The position numbers and the translations under genes were made by a program. Positions 8,901 to 16,747 of a DNA stretch of 64,000 bases are shown here, piece by piece. Position 1 is the stretch's first letter, and each line of letters starts with the position of its first letter. The notes under the pieces were generated by a model. That model was not told the DNA's origin. It did no database searches and saw only the letters and a program-made list of their open reading frames with translations. The stretch comes from Thermoleophilaceae bacterium (lineage in GTDB: Bacteria; Actinomycetota; Thermoleophilia; Solirubrobacterales; Thermoleophilaceae), in NCBI GenBank assembly GCA_036406475.1, contig DASXBA010000006.1, positions 1,564 to 65,563 of the forward strand, given 5' to 3'.

Positions 8901-10621
8901 CCACCGGCACGGACCTGATCTCGCCCTCGAACAATCACGACCTCTACTCGATCGAGGACCTGGCGGAGCTGATCGACGAGCTCAAGACCGCCAACCCGGA
9001 CGTGCGCGTCTCGGTCAAGGTCCCGGTGGTGCCGAACATCGGCACGATCGGCGTCGGCATCGCCAAGGCGGGCGCCGACATGATCACGCTGTCGGGCTTC
9101 GAGGGGGGCACGGGAGCGGCGCGTTCGCATGCGCTTCGCCACGTCGGCCTGCCGTCGGACATCGGCACGCGAGCCGTGCACCTGGCGTTGATGGAGGCGG
9201 GGATCCGCAACCGCGTGGAGATCTGGGCGGACGGCGGCTACCGCCACGCCCACGACATCGTCAAGCTCCACTGCCTCGGCGCCAACCGCGTCGGCTTCGG
9301 CACGCTGGCGATGGTCTCGCTCGGCTGCACGATCTGCCGCGGCTGCCAGCTCGACACCTGCCACGTCGGTATCGCGACCCAGATCGAGTCGAAGGAGGAG
9401 GCCGACCTCAAGGGGCTCAAGAAGTTCACCCCGCAGGAGTTCGAGCTCGCCTCCGAGAACTGCGCCCGCTTCTTCCAGTCGATGGGCGAGGAGGTGCGGC
9501 AGCTCACGGCGGAGCTCGGCTTCGAGCGCGCGCAGGACCTCGTCGGCCGCTCGGACCTGCTGGTGCAGGCGCGCCAGCCCGGGGGCGTCGACGTCGACGA
9601 GCTGATCAAGCCGATCGACCAGATGCTCGATCTCGAGCCGATCGACCTGCCCGGTCCCGAGGACGAGCGCGAGGCCGCCGGCCTGATCGTGGCGCGGCCG
9701 ATTCGGATGAAGGCCAAGGCGGCCTCCGCCAAGATCGCCGCGCTGGCGGGCAACATCTCGCCCGGCAAGGTGATCGAGGAGGAGTGGGACGTGGGCGACG
9801 GCGGCCCCGTCGACGCCGACGACCGGGTGCTCGGCACGGAGCTGGCCGGGGAGATCGCGCGCATGCGCATCTTCAAGGGCGGCCCCGAGGCCACCGACGA
9901 CACGCTCGCCCGGCTCCATTTCAATGGCGGCTCGGTCGGTGGGCAGGGCCTGGGCGCCTTCAACGTCTACGGCGTGGACATCACCGTCGAGGGCGGCGCG
10001 CAGGACGGCGTTGCCAAGACGATGCTCGGCGGCAAGGTCGCGATCATGAAGGGCAGGAACCGCTTCGGGAAGCGGGTCAACGGCTCGGTGGGCAAGTCCT
10101 TCGCCTACGGCGCCCAGCGCGGCCGGCTGTTCGTGCAGGGCGACGCCGACTCACGCTTCTGCATCCGGCTCTCGGGGGCCGACGTGGTGATCGCCGGCGA
10201 GCCGCAGGAGCCGCTCGACGACTCGCTCGGCTGCCTCGCCAACCGGGCCAACATCAAGGGCTTCGCCTTCGAGTACATGACCAACGGCCGCGCCGTGGTC
10301 CTCGGCGACCCGGGTCCCTGGTTCTGCGCCGGCCAGACGGGCGGGCGGGTCTACCTCCGCGTCAACGAGGACTGGAACCTCACCCGCGAGGCGCTCGAGC
10401 TGCGCAAGGGCAAGGGGGCCAAGATCAGCCTCGAGGACCTCGACGCCCAGGGAGTGCTCGACGTGCAGGAGCTGCTCGGCCACTACGCCGACGAGCTCCG
10501 GGCCACAGACCAGGACGACGAGGCGGACCGCATCGGAAGGCTGGCCGCTGAGCCGCAGGCCAACTTCATCGTGTCGGTGCCGATGAAGGAGCAGACGGAC
10601 CCGAGCATTTCGACGGAGTAG
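5996..10621 (+). CDS. gltB: glutamate synthase large subunit
   Basis: Ntn amidotransferase Cys (DA|CALYAAV) after a short propeptide, followed by FMN and GXGXG domains. GAGGAGG lies 6 nt upstream of TTG 5996. The longest ORF would start at TTG 5933, which overlaps a TATAGT hexamer. Confidence 0.9.
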   Translation: MEPRYSPTQAYRPRRAPLTVEDRDACALYAAVNKQAQPTHEAIETALVALEKMLHRAGNVDGEGDGCGVLIDIPREIWAEAIREGGHASNLALDDRFAVAHIFIPRRAGNVAEVQKQAREIMSRIGFRVLAERENVVDTTALGPQAREEEPVFWQLGGLIEQPRLCFELAVQLEAELELHVASLSASTAVYKVLGAPAALGRYYPDLHDGRAKTAAVFGHNRYSTNTWPSFKRVQPFGILGHNGEINTIARLRQEARMLGVPITEDGSDSQDLNRTVESLINREGLSLVEATELVLPPIVNEIRGMPGELRGFYMYLRQAFGPFSQGPVALLSRHGDECIFSTDALGLRPLWHVETGDSHVFSSEPGVASVSETVSEPKPLAPGEKLLVQIDRRKGESRLRGHHELQQLCARRWHERTGVESDGTYAGAMLTGGPTTGAEIPGYTSAGPSEPIKVEDRVLGGFGWQREDMKLVQQMANTGAEPIGSLGYDGPLACLSPERQNLADYFKESVAVVTNPAIDREREVEHFSCRAVIGSRPGIHGIPDEASTIETSFPILLGGHDGLAPLSDQSYRAVAREHRTFLLEDLWEAFRGRAKVLDLSSLESETTQGAIERLKQEATTAVRDGCELLVLSDRTVYEGDRRYLDPHLALAAVDLALREHYVQGGETNLRRRCGIVLRSAALRNVHDVMVALGLGADGVCPYVMIEVALMDDYEDDISNLCSALRKGIEKVISTIGIHEVRGYARLFSCIGVKPELTEIFDTPAYFGSEKGGTGFAQLDADGDERQRILSGDEDSKPAKTFRFYPKVYKAAVAAANGAASYEDYSEKVRQLELENPISLRHILDLKSDREPVAEASTDVGLHSYPIVISSMSFGSQGEVAYRAYAEAAKRVNIIAMNGEGGEIQDMYGQYPLWRGQQVASGRFGVTSEMINSSYLVEIKIGQGAKPGEGGHLPAKKVTDKVAQARNATTGTDLISPSNNHDLYSIEDLAELIDELKTANPDVRVSVKVPVVPNIGTIGVGIAKAGADMITLSGFEGGTGAARSHALRHVGLPSDIGTRAVHLALMEAGIRNRVEIWADGGYRHAHDIVKLHCLGANRVGFGTLAMVSLGCTICRGCQLDTCHVGIATQIESKEEADLKGLKKFTPQEFELASENCARFFQSMGEEVRQLTAELGFERAQDLVGRSDLLVQARQPGGVDVDELIKPIDQMLDLEPIDLPGPEDEREAAGLIVARPIRMKAKAASAKIAALAGNISPGKVIEEEWDVGDGGPVDADDRVLGTELAGEIARMRIFKGGPEATDDTLARLHFNGGSVGGQGLGAFNVYGVDITVEGGAQDGVAKTMLGGKVAIMKGRNRFGKRVNGSVGKSFAYGAQRGRLFVQGDADSRFCIRLSGADVVIAGEPQEPLDDSLGCLANRANIKGFAFEYMTNGRAVVLGDPGPWFCAGQTGGRVYLRVNEDWNLTREALELRKGKGAKISLEDLDAQGVLDVQELLGHYADELRATDQDDEADRIGRLAAEPQANFIVSVPMKEQTDPSISTE

Positions 10622-10829
10622 CCGCCCAGCCTCGGGCGACCACGCCGCACTCGCCCGAGGGGGTACGCTCGCTTCGCTCGCTCAAAGAGCCCCCCTCGGT
10701 CGACCGCGCCGTGGTCGCCCTCGGCGTCGCGCCGGGTCCGTCGCACGCCCGGGTTGGGAGAGCAAGGATGGATTGGGGGTGCATAGGACCCCCAATCGAT
10801 CTTTGCTTCGGGATTCGGAGAGGGAGCGG

Positions 10830-11267
10830 CTAGGCCGCGGTTGCGTCCGCGTCGGTCGCCATCTGCCAGGCCTCGTAGCCGCCGGTGCGGTTCCAGATCG
10901 AGGTCAGGAGCTCGGAGAGCTGTTCGCGCTCGGCGGGCTCGAGGTCGTCGAGGAGGTCCTGCTCGACGCCGTCCATCACCTCGGAGACCTTGTCGATCAC
11001 CGCGAGGCCCTTCTTCGAGACCTCGACCAGGTGGCGCCGGCGGTCCTCGGGATCGCGGCGGCGGGTGGCGTAGCCGCGCTGCTCGAGCTCGTTGAGGATC
11101 GCGACGAGGTTGGTGGGGTCGAGGTGGAGCTGGCCGCAGAGGGACTGCTGGGTGAGCTGGCCGCGGTCTCGGAGCTCGATGAGGGCGGCCACGTGGCGAG
11201 GGCGGATTCCGAACGGCTCGAGCGCCTCGGAGAAGCGGTGCACGGTGATCCGGCCGAGCTTGATCAT
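10830..11267 (-). CDS. MarR-family transcriptional regulator
   Basis: wHTH region QLTQQSLCGQLHLDPTNLVAILNELEQRGYATRRRDPEDRRRHLV. The 36 codons upstream of ATG 11267 have low GC3 (gtt, cgt, gga, caa, tta, aca...), so I chose the shorter start. Confidence 0.8.
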   Translation of the reverse strand: MIKLGRITVHRFSEALEPFGIRPRHVAALIELRDRGQLTQQSLCGQLHLDPTNLVAILNELEQRGYATRRRDPEDRRRHLVEVSKKGLAVIDKVSEVMDGVEQDLLDDLEPAEREQLSELLTSIWNRTGGYEAWQMATDADATAA

Positions 11268-11392
11268 CAGCAGCGTCGGCCACTGCCGGGCGATTCCCGG
11301 CGGTGGGGTCTCGGTTGCTCCCTTTGGCACGGGCAGAAAGTTAGCACCTGTTAACCGTTGGTGTCCACGAACCATTTGCTAGGGTCCAGCCC
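11268..11392. promoter_or_regulatory. divergent marR / MFS promoter-operator region
   Basis: Locally AT-richer intergenic region with an imperfect palindrome GTTAGCAC.CTGTTAAC at 11340..11355. Confidence 0.35.
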
Positions 11393-12832
11393 TTGCAGCG
11401 AGCCCCCTCGTCAAGCCCCCGCGTCATCCTCACCGTCCTCTCGCTGGGCGGCATCTCCTATGCGCTCCTCCAGTCGCTGGTCGTCCCGGCGCTGCCGCAG
11501 ATCCAGGAGTCGCTCCACACCAGCGAGAGCGCGGTCGGCTGGGTTCTCACCGCCTACCTGCTGAGCGCCTCCGTGGCCACGCCGATCCTCGGTCGCCTCG
11601 GCGACATGTACGGGAAGGAGCGCCTGCTCATGATTGTGCTGGCGATGCTCGCCTTCGGGACGCTGATCTCGGCGGTCGCCTCGTCGCTGTGGCTGATGGT
11701 CCTGGGCCGTGTGATCCAGGGCGCGGGCGGCGGCATCTTCCCTCTCGCCTTCTCGATCATCCGCGACGAGTTCCCCAACGAGCGCGTGCCGGGAGCCATC
11801 GGCCTCGTGTCGGCGCTGCTCGGCATCGGCGGCGGCGCAGGCGTGGTCTTCGCGGGCATCATCATCGACCACCTCTCCTACCACTGGCTCTTCTGGTTCC
11901 CGCTGGCCGCGATCCTGGCCACCGTCTACCTCACGTGGCGCTACATCCCGGAGTCGCCGGTCAAGACGCCGGCCGAGATCAACTACCGGGCGACCGCGCT
12001 GATGACGGTCGGCCTCTCGGCGGTCCTGCTGGCGATCACCGAGACGAGCACCTGGGGCTGGGGCTCGGCCAGGACGCTGGGCCTGCTCGCCTTCGGGACG
12101 CTCGTGATCCTGGCCTGGATCCGCGAGGAGCTCCGCTCGCGCGAGCCGCTGGTCGACATGCGGATGATGACCATCCGCGGCGTCTGGACGACGAACACGG
12201 TCGCGTTCCTGATCGGGATCGGGATGTACTCGTCGTTCATCCTGCTGCCGGAGCTGGTGCAGGAGCCGACGAGCACCGGCTACGGCTTCGGCGCCTCGGT
12301 CACGGTCTCGGGACTGTTCCTGCTGCCGGCGACGATCGCGATCGTGGTCGTCGGGCAGATGGCCGGCGTCCTCGAGCGCCGGATCGGCTCGCGCGGGTCG
12401 CTGATCGGCGGCGTCGTGTTTGCGCTGGCCTCGTACACGATGCTCGTGATCGACCGGACCGCCGAGCTCGAGATCTACATCGCCGCCGGCCTGCTCGGCA
12501 TCGGTGTCGGCCTTTCCTTCGCCGCGATGGCGAACCTGATCGTGCAGAACGTGCGCCAGGAGCAGACCGGCGTGGCGACCGGGATGAACGCCGTCATGCG
12601 AACGCTCGGCGGAGCGTTCGGAGGCCAGGTGGCCGCGACGCTTCTCGCGAGCAACGTGGCCGCCGGCGGGCTACCGACCTCGTCCGCCTTCACCAAGTCC
12701 TTCCTGATGTGCGTCATCTCGCTGGGGGCGGCGCTCGTGTTCGCGCTCGCCGTGCCACGGCGGAACGGCAAGCACGAGAGCTCCGAAGCACCGCTTCTCC
12801 AGCGGGCGGAGTTCGAGCGCAGCGCCGCCTAG
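11393..12832 (+). CDS. MFS transporter (DHA2/EmrB-like, about 14 TMS)
   Basis: 479 aa and highly hydrophobic. MFS motifs GRLGDMYGKERL and GAGGGIFPLAFSII. Divergent from marR. Confidence 0.85.
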   Translation: MQRAPSSSPRVILTVLSLGGISYALLQSLVVPALPQIQESLHTSESAVGWVLTAYLLSASVATPILGRLGDMYGKERLLMIVLAMLAFGTLISAVASSLWLMVLGRVIQGAGGGIFPLAFSIIRDEFPNERVPGAIGLVSALLGIGGGAGVVFAGIIIDHLSYHWLFWFPLAAILATVYLTWRYIPESPVKTPAEINYRATALMTVGLSAVLLAITETSTWGWGSARTLGLLAFGTLVILAWIREELRSREPLVDMRMMTIRGVWTTNTVAFLIGIGMYSSFILLPELVQEPTSTGYGFGASVTVSGLFLLPATIAIVVVGQMAGVLERRIGSRGSLIGGVVFALASYTMLVIDRTAELEIYIAAGLLGIGVGLSFAAMANLIVQNVRQEQTGVATGMNAVMRTLGGAFGGQVAATLLASNVAAGGLPTSSAFTKSFLMCVISLGAALVFALAVPRRNGKHESSEAPLLQRAEFERSAA

Positions 12833-12845
12833 TGACCCTGAGTCG

Positions 12846-13265
12846 TTAGACGCGCGGCTTGCTCTCCGGAAAGCGCTCGAGCCCGTCGTCGGGGACGGGC
12901 GCCCAGTCCGGCGCGTAGTCGACCCAGGTGTGCCAGCTCGGGCGCACGCCCGGGTCCTCGTCGAAGGCGCCGAAGCGGACGCTCATCTGGGCCGGGTCGT
13001 CAGGGTCGCGGCTGAAGAGCTGGGCTCCGCACTCGCGGCAGAAGCACTTCTCCCAGCCGCCCTCGAGGTGGCGCCAGGCGCGCACGTGCTCCTCGCCGGC
13101 CGTGATCCGCAGGGCGGTCCCGTCGATCGACGCCTGCACGGAGTAGCCGACTCCGGTCCGGCGCTGGCAGCGCGTGCAGTGGCAGTAGCCGGCCGCCTTC
13201 GGCGCCTCCCTCAACTCGAAGCGGACGGCCCCGCACAGGCAGCCTCCGGTGATCGGCCGGCTCAT
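12846..13265 (-). CDS. GFA-family (glutathione-dependent formaldehyde-activating / CENP-V-like) Zn protein
   Basis: GGCLCGAVRF, CHCTRCQRRTG and CFCRECG cysteine motifs. Trimmed from the 250-aa ORF to ATG 13265. Confidence 0.75.
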   Translation of the reverse strand: MSRPITGGCLCGAVRFELREAPKAAGYCHCTRCQRRTGVGYSVQASIDGTALRITAGEEHVRAWRHLEGGWEKCFCRECGAQLFSRDPDDPAQMSVRFGAFDEDPGVRPSWHTWVDYAPDWAPVPDDGLERFPESKPRV

Positions 13266-13289
13266 CGCGGTGAGAGTAGTCTGCGCCGC

Positions 13290-13691
13290 GTGCGGATCTC
13301 GGTGCTCGTTCTGGTCGCCTCGCTCGTCGCCCTGGCGCTCCCGGACGCGGGCCTCGCGGCCAAGCACACCAACATCCTCTGCCTCGACAAGGCCGGGGCC
13401 AAGTACGTGGTGCGCTACCGGCCGCGGACCTGCGCGCACTTCGGGCCGGGGGGTGCCTTCGCCGGCGGCGTGTTCCTGAAGCACATCCGCTGGCACTCGT
13501 GGAACCGCTCGTCGGTGACGGGCCGGGCTCGTGAGTGCGGCTTCCACCTGCCCTGCGAGAACGTCAAGGTCAAGATCCGCGCCTACCGGCGGCGCCACGC
13601 CTGCGGCCGGATCGTCTACACGCGGCTCAAGGCCAGGAGCACGTTCGGGACGACCGTGGTCCGCCTCAAGCGCTGTCCCGGCGCCGCTTGA
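13290..13691 (+). CDS. hypothetical secreted Cys- and Arg-rich protein
   Basis: GTG start, signal peptide ISVLVLVASLVALALPDAGLAA, six Cys, high GC3. Confidence 0.5.
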   Translation: MRISVLVLVASLVALALPDAGLAAKHTNILCLDKAGAKYVVRYRPRTCAHFGPGGAFAGGVFLKHIRWHSWNRSSVTGRARECGFHLPCENVKVKIRAYRRRHACGRIVYTRLKARSTFGTTVVRLKRCPGAA

Positions 13692-14050
13692 TCGAGGACT
13701 GGATAGAGCGCTACGAGCGGGCCTGGCGGACCGCCGGCACGGAGCCGCTGCGCGCGCTGTTCACGGAGGAGGCGGTCTATCGGATGTCGCCGTACGAGGA
13801 GCCGTTCGTCGGACTCGAGCGGATCGCCGAGATGTGGGACGCAGAGCGCGAGGGACCGGATGAGGCCTTCGACATGACGAGCGAGGTCGTTGCGGTCGAC
13901 GGCGACACCGCCGTCGCCCGCGTCGAAATCCACTACGGCGCCCGCGAGTACCGCGACCTCTGGGTGATCAAGTTCGCCGAGGACGGCCGCGCGACGGAGT
14001 TCGAGGAGTGGCCGTACTGGCCGGGGCAGCCGCTCGCCGCGCCCCGGTGA
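13688..14050 (+). CDS. SnoaL/NTF2-like fold protein
   Basis: The TTG start overlaps the upstream stop. N-terminus is IEDWIERYERAWRT...LFTEEAVY. Confidence 0.55.
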   Translation: MIEDWIERYERAWRTAGTEPLRALFTEEAVYRMSPYEEPFVGLERIAEMWDAEREGPDEAFDMTSEVVAVDGDTAVARVEIHYGAREYRDLWVIKFAEDGRATEFEEWPYWPGQPLAAPR

Positions 14051-14436
14051 GCCGCCACGCGCTGCTCTACGACAACGACTGCGGCTTCTGCCGCTGGGCG
14101 CTCGGCTGGATCCTGCGCTGGGACAGGAAGGGAGAGCTGCGGCCCGTCGCCCTCCAGGACCCCGAGGCCGACCTGCTGCTGAAGGATGTCCCGGATCGCA
14201 TGTCGTCGTGGCATCTGGTGGACCCGGACGGCGGCGTCAACTCGGCCGGGCCCGCGCTCGCGCCGCTGTTCCGGCTGCTGCCGGGCGGAGCGCCGCTCGC
14301 CGCCGTGGCCGATCGGTTCCCGGGGGCCGCCGGGCGTGGCTACCGCTGGGTGGCGGACCACCGCAGCTGGTTCGGCAAGCCGGTCACGGCGGCCGCCAAG
14401 CGCCGGGCCGACGCCCTGATCGACGAGCGCCGCTGA
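14047..14436 (+). CDS. thiol-disulfide oxidoreductase DCC family (DUF393)
   Basis: GTGA overlap with the upstream gene. N-terminal LLYDNDCGFCRW motif. Confidence 0.75.
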   Translation: MSRHALLYDNDCGFCRWALGWILRWDRKGELRPVALQDPEADLLLKDVPDRMSSWHLVDPDGGVNSAGPALAPLFRLLPGGAPLAAVADRFPGAAGRGYRWVADHRSWFGKPVTAAAKRRADALIDERR

Positions 14437-14440
14437 ACGA

Positions 14441-14467
14441 CGAAGGGCCCGCGCTGCGGGCCCTTCG
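14441..14467. terminator. bidirectional hairpin terminator between convergent genes
   Basis: 12-bp perfect stem CGAAGGGCCCGC / GCGGGCCCTTCG with a 3-nt loop. Confidence 0.6.
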
Positions 14468-14490
14468 ACTCACTCCTTCCCTCAGCCGGC

Positions 14491-15048
14491 TCAGCCGACC
14501 GCGGTCTCGACAGCCTCCGTCTCCCGCTCGCCCGTGAGCGAGACGAAATAGAGCCGGTAGCGCCCGAGCGCGATCTCGTCGCCGTCATCCAGCTCCGCGT
14601 GGTCCACGCGCTCGCCGTTGCAAAAGACGCCGTTCAGGCTGCGGTCGTCCAGGATCCGCGCCCCGGTGTCGTCCCGGTAGAGCAGCGCATGCCGCCGCGA
14701 GACCGTGGGGTCGTCGAAACGGACGTGGGCGGACAGGCTCCGGCCGACGCGAGTCCAACCATCCTGCAGCGGGATCACCCGCACACGCTTGTCGTCCTCG
14801 AAGGCGAGGTAGTCACCGTTGGAGACGAGAGCGCCGCGTGCATCCTCGAGCCAATGGGGCGGACCCTCCACGGCGGGACTCACCGGGCCCGGCTCGCGCG
14901 TGAACAACGACGCGCGGCTGAACGTGGTGCCCCCGCACTCGGGGCAAGTCGGGACTTCGTCCAACTCGTGTAGCGCGATCCCGAATCCACAGGTGTCGCA
15001 GCTAAACGAGCCGGCCCCTGCCAAAGTCCCGGCGTTGAAGGCTTCCAT
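14491..15048 (-). CDS. FHA-domain protein with N-terminal zinc ribbon
   Basis: CDTCG...CPECGG followed by FHA motifs (TRVGRS...VSRRHALL...DDRSLNGVFCNGERV). GAGGAG SD before the ATG. Confidence 0.85.
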   Translation of the reverse strand: MEAFNAGTLAGAGSFSCDTCGFGIALHELDEVPTCPECGGTTFSRASLFTREPGPVSPAVEGPPHWLEDARGALVSNGDYLAFEDDKRVRVIPLQDGWTRVGRSLSAHVRFDDPTVSRRHALLYRDDTGARILDDRSLNGVFCNGERVDHAELDDGDEIALGRYRLYFVSLTGERETEAVETAVG

Positions 15049-15228
15049 CGAAATCTCTCCTCAATGCCTGGGGTTGTGCAGATGGTAACGATGGGCTGTG
15101 GGCCGTGGGAAGAATTTGCCGCTAATTGCACGGACTTCCACGGAAACGACGCAGCGGCGATACCCGTCTCCTGCGATTCCCAACCACCGGCCAAGAGGAT
15201 TGTCCGGTGGTGGCCCGAAACTGGAGCC

Positions 15229-15471
15229 ATGCCAGACCTCGGCTCCATGCTCCTCAGGCGGAGCCTCGGCACCCTCACCGGCGGTGGCTCGAGCTGCTCG
15301 TCCTGCCGGCGCACCCCCCTCGCGGGTGAGCGCCTGCACGAGCTCGACTCGGGCGTGCTGCTCTGCGACCTCTGCTTCGGCGAGCTGCCGGAGGAGCACC
15401 GCCTCGCGGTGCGCTCCCAGCGCGTCGGCGCCAGCGAGCGCCCGCTCGCGGTCGTGCCCAAGGCCGCCTGA
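15229..15471 (+). CDS. small CxxC...CxxC zinc-ribbon protein, hypothetical
   Basis: 80 aa, with CSSC and CDLC pairs and high GC3 throughout. Divergent from the FHA gene. Confidence 0.45.
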   Translation: MPDLGSMLLRRSLGTLTGGGSSCSSCRRTPLAGERLHELDSGVLLCDLCFGELPEEHRLAVRSQRVGASERPLAVVPKAA

Positions 15472-15507
15472 GGAACCCGCGGCTGCCCCGCATAGAATCC
15501 CGGCGCG

Positions 15508-16080
15508 ATGCGCCAGGTAACGGTCGACGTGCACATCTCCGCGCCGCGCGAGGAGGTGTTCGACTTCGTCGCGGACCTGGCGGGCCGGCCCGCGTGGACC
15601 GACCACTACCTGAAGGACTACCGCCTGGCTCGCCCCAACCCCTACGGCCTCGGCGCGGCGGCCCGCTTCATCATCCGGGCGCCACTGGCCAAGGAGTACG
15701 TCGAGATCGCGATCGTCGAGTGCGACCGGCCGCGGCGGATCGTCGAGGAGGCCCGGGTCGGCCGTCGCGGGCGCAACCGCTCGGTGGCCGTCTACGAGTT
15801 CGCCCAGGAGCCCGGTGGGCTCACCGAGGTCGAGCTGACCACCTACAGCGAGCCCGCGACCCTGATCGACCGGGTCAGGGAGCTCGGGGCCCCCGGTTGG
15901 ATCAGGCGCAGCACGAAGATGGCGCTGGAGCGCCTGCGGCTCGTGTTCGAGGATCCGCCCGAGCGCCCGCTCGCACGGGCGAGCGTGGCCGGCTACGAGC
16001 CGCTCAAGGCGGCGCGCTTCGGCGCCCGCACCGGCATGGACCCCTCTCGGCCCAGGCGTCCCGGGCGCGAGCGCGCCTAA
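15508..16080 (+). CDS. SRPBCC (START/polyketide-cyclase-like) family protein
   Basis: N-terminus VTVDVHISAPREEVFDFVADL..W is typical of the SRPBCC fold. Confidence 0.7.
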   Translation: MRQVTVDVHISAPREEVFDFVADLAGRPAWTDHYLKDYRLARPNPYGLGAAARFIIRAPLAKEYVEIAIVECDRPRRIVEEARVGRRGRNRSVAVYEFAQEPGGLTEVELTTYSEPATLIDRVRELGAPGWIRRSTKMALERLRLVFEDPPERPLARASVAGYEPLKAARFGARTGMDPSRPRRPGRERA

Positions 16081-16096
16081 TAGGATTCGCGCCCGC

Positions 16097-16660
16097 ATGC
16101 GCCTCCCCGCCAAGACGATCGCGGCCGCCTGTGCGCTGGCCCTGGCCGCCGGCCTGAGCGCCTGCGGCAGCACGGGGCAGGGCACCAAGGAGCCGGCCCG
16201 CGAGGGGCTCTCCCTCGGGCTGGCGGGCATCGACTACAACGTCTTCATCACGAGGGAGCTCAACCCGCAGATTCCGCCGGACAGCGCCTACTACAAGGGG
16301 CCGCTCGCTGGGAAGGGCCAGGCCCTCTACGGCGTCTTCCTCCAGGCCTGCAACAACGGGAAGAGGCCGCTGCCCACCGCCAGCCACTTCACCGTGGTCG
16401 ACAACCAGGGCAACGAGTTCCATCCGACCGCGCTGCCGCAGGACGACGACTTCGCCTACCAGCCGACCCGCCTCGATCCCCACGAGTGCGAGCCGGAAGC
16501 CGGCAGCGTCGCGCAGCTCGGCCCCACCGCGGGATCGATGCTGCTCTTCAGGCTGCCGATCTCGAACACGGACAACCGCCCGCTCGAGCTCGAGATAAAG
16601 GCGCCGGCGACGATCGCGAATCCGAAGCCGGACAAGCTGACGTTCACGCTGGATATCTAG
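16097..16660 (+). CDS. hypothetical lipoprotein
   Basis: Lipobox LAAGLSAC after a signal peptide. Confidence 0.65.
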   Translation: MRLPAKTIAAACALALAAGLSACGSTGQGTKEPAREGLSLGLAGIDYNVFITRELNPQIPPDSAYYKGPLAGKGQALYGVFLQACNNGKRPLPTASHFTVVDNQGNEFHPTALPQDDDFAYQPTRLDPHECEPEAGSVAQLGPTAGSMLLFRLPISNTDNRPLELEIKAPATIANPKPDKLTFTLDI

Positions 16661-16664
16661 CCAA

Positions 16665-16747
16665 GGCAGTAGGCGTTAGGCATTAGGCGGTAGAGAACGG
16701 CCTGAGGCTCTACGGCCTACTGCCTACTGCCTACCGCCTACCGCCTA
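16665..16747. repeat. inverted arrays of the heptamer GGCNNTA / TACNGCC (imperfect long hairpin)
   Basis: Four units (GGCAGTA GGCGTTA GGCATTA GGCGGTA), a 12-nt spacer, then five units (TACGGCC TACTGCC TACTGCC TACCGCC TACCGCC). Lies between convergent genes. Confidence 0.8.

Noticed and set aside
7451-9919. 822-aa minus-strand ORF, plus other long ORFs inside gltB (5927..7240, 7009..8895).
   Set aside because: They lie in alternative frames or antisense to gltB. Their composition is Arg/Ala/Gly-rich junk.
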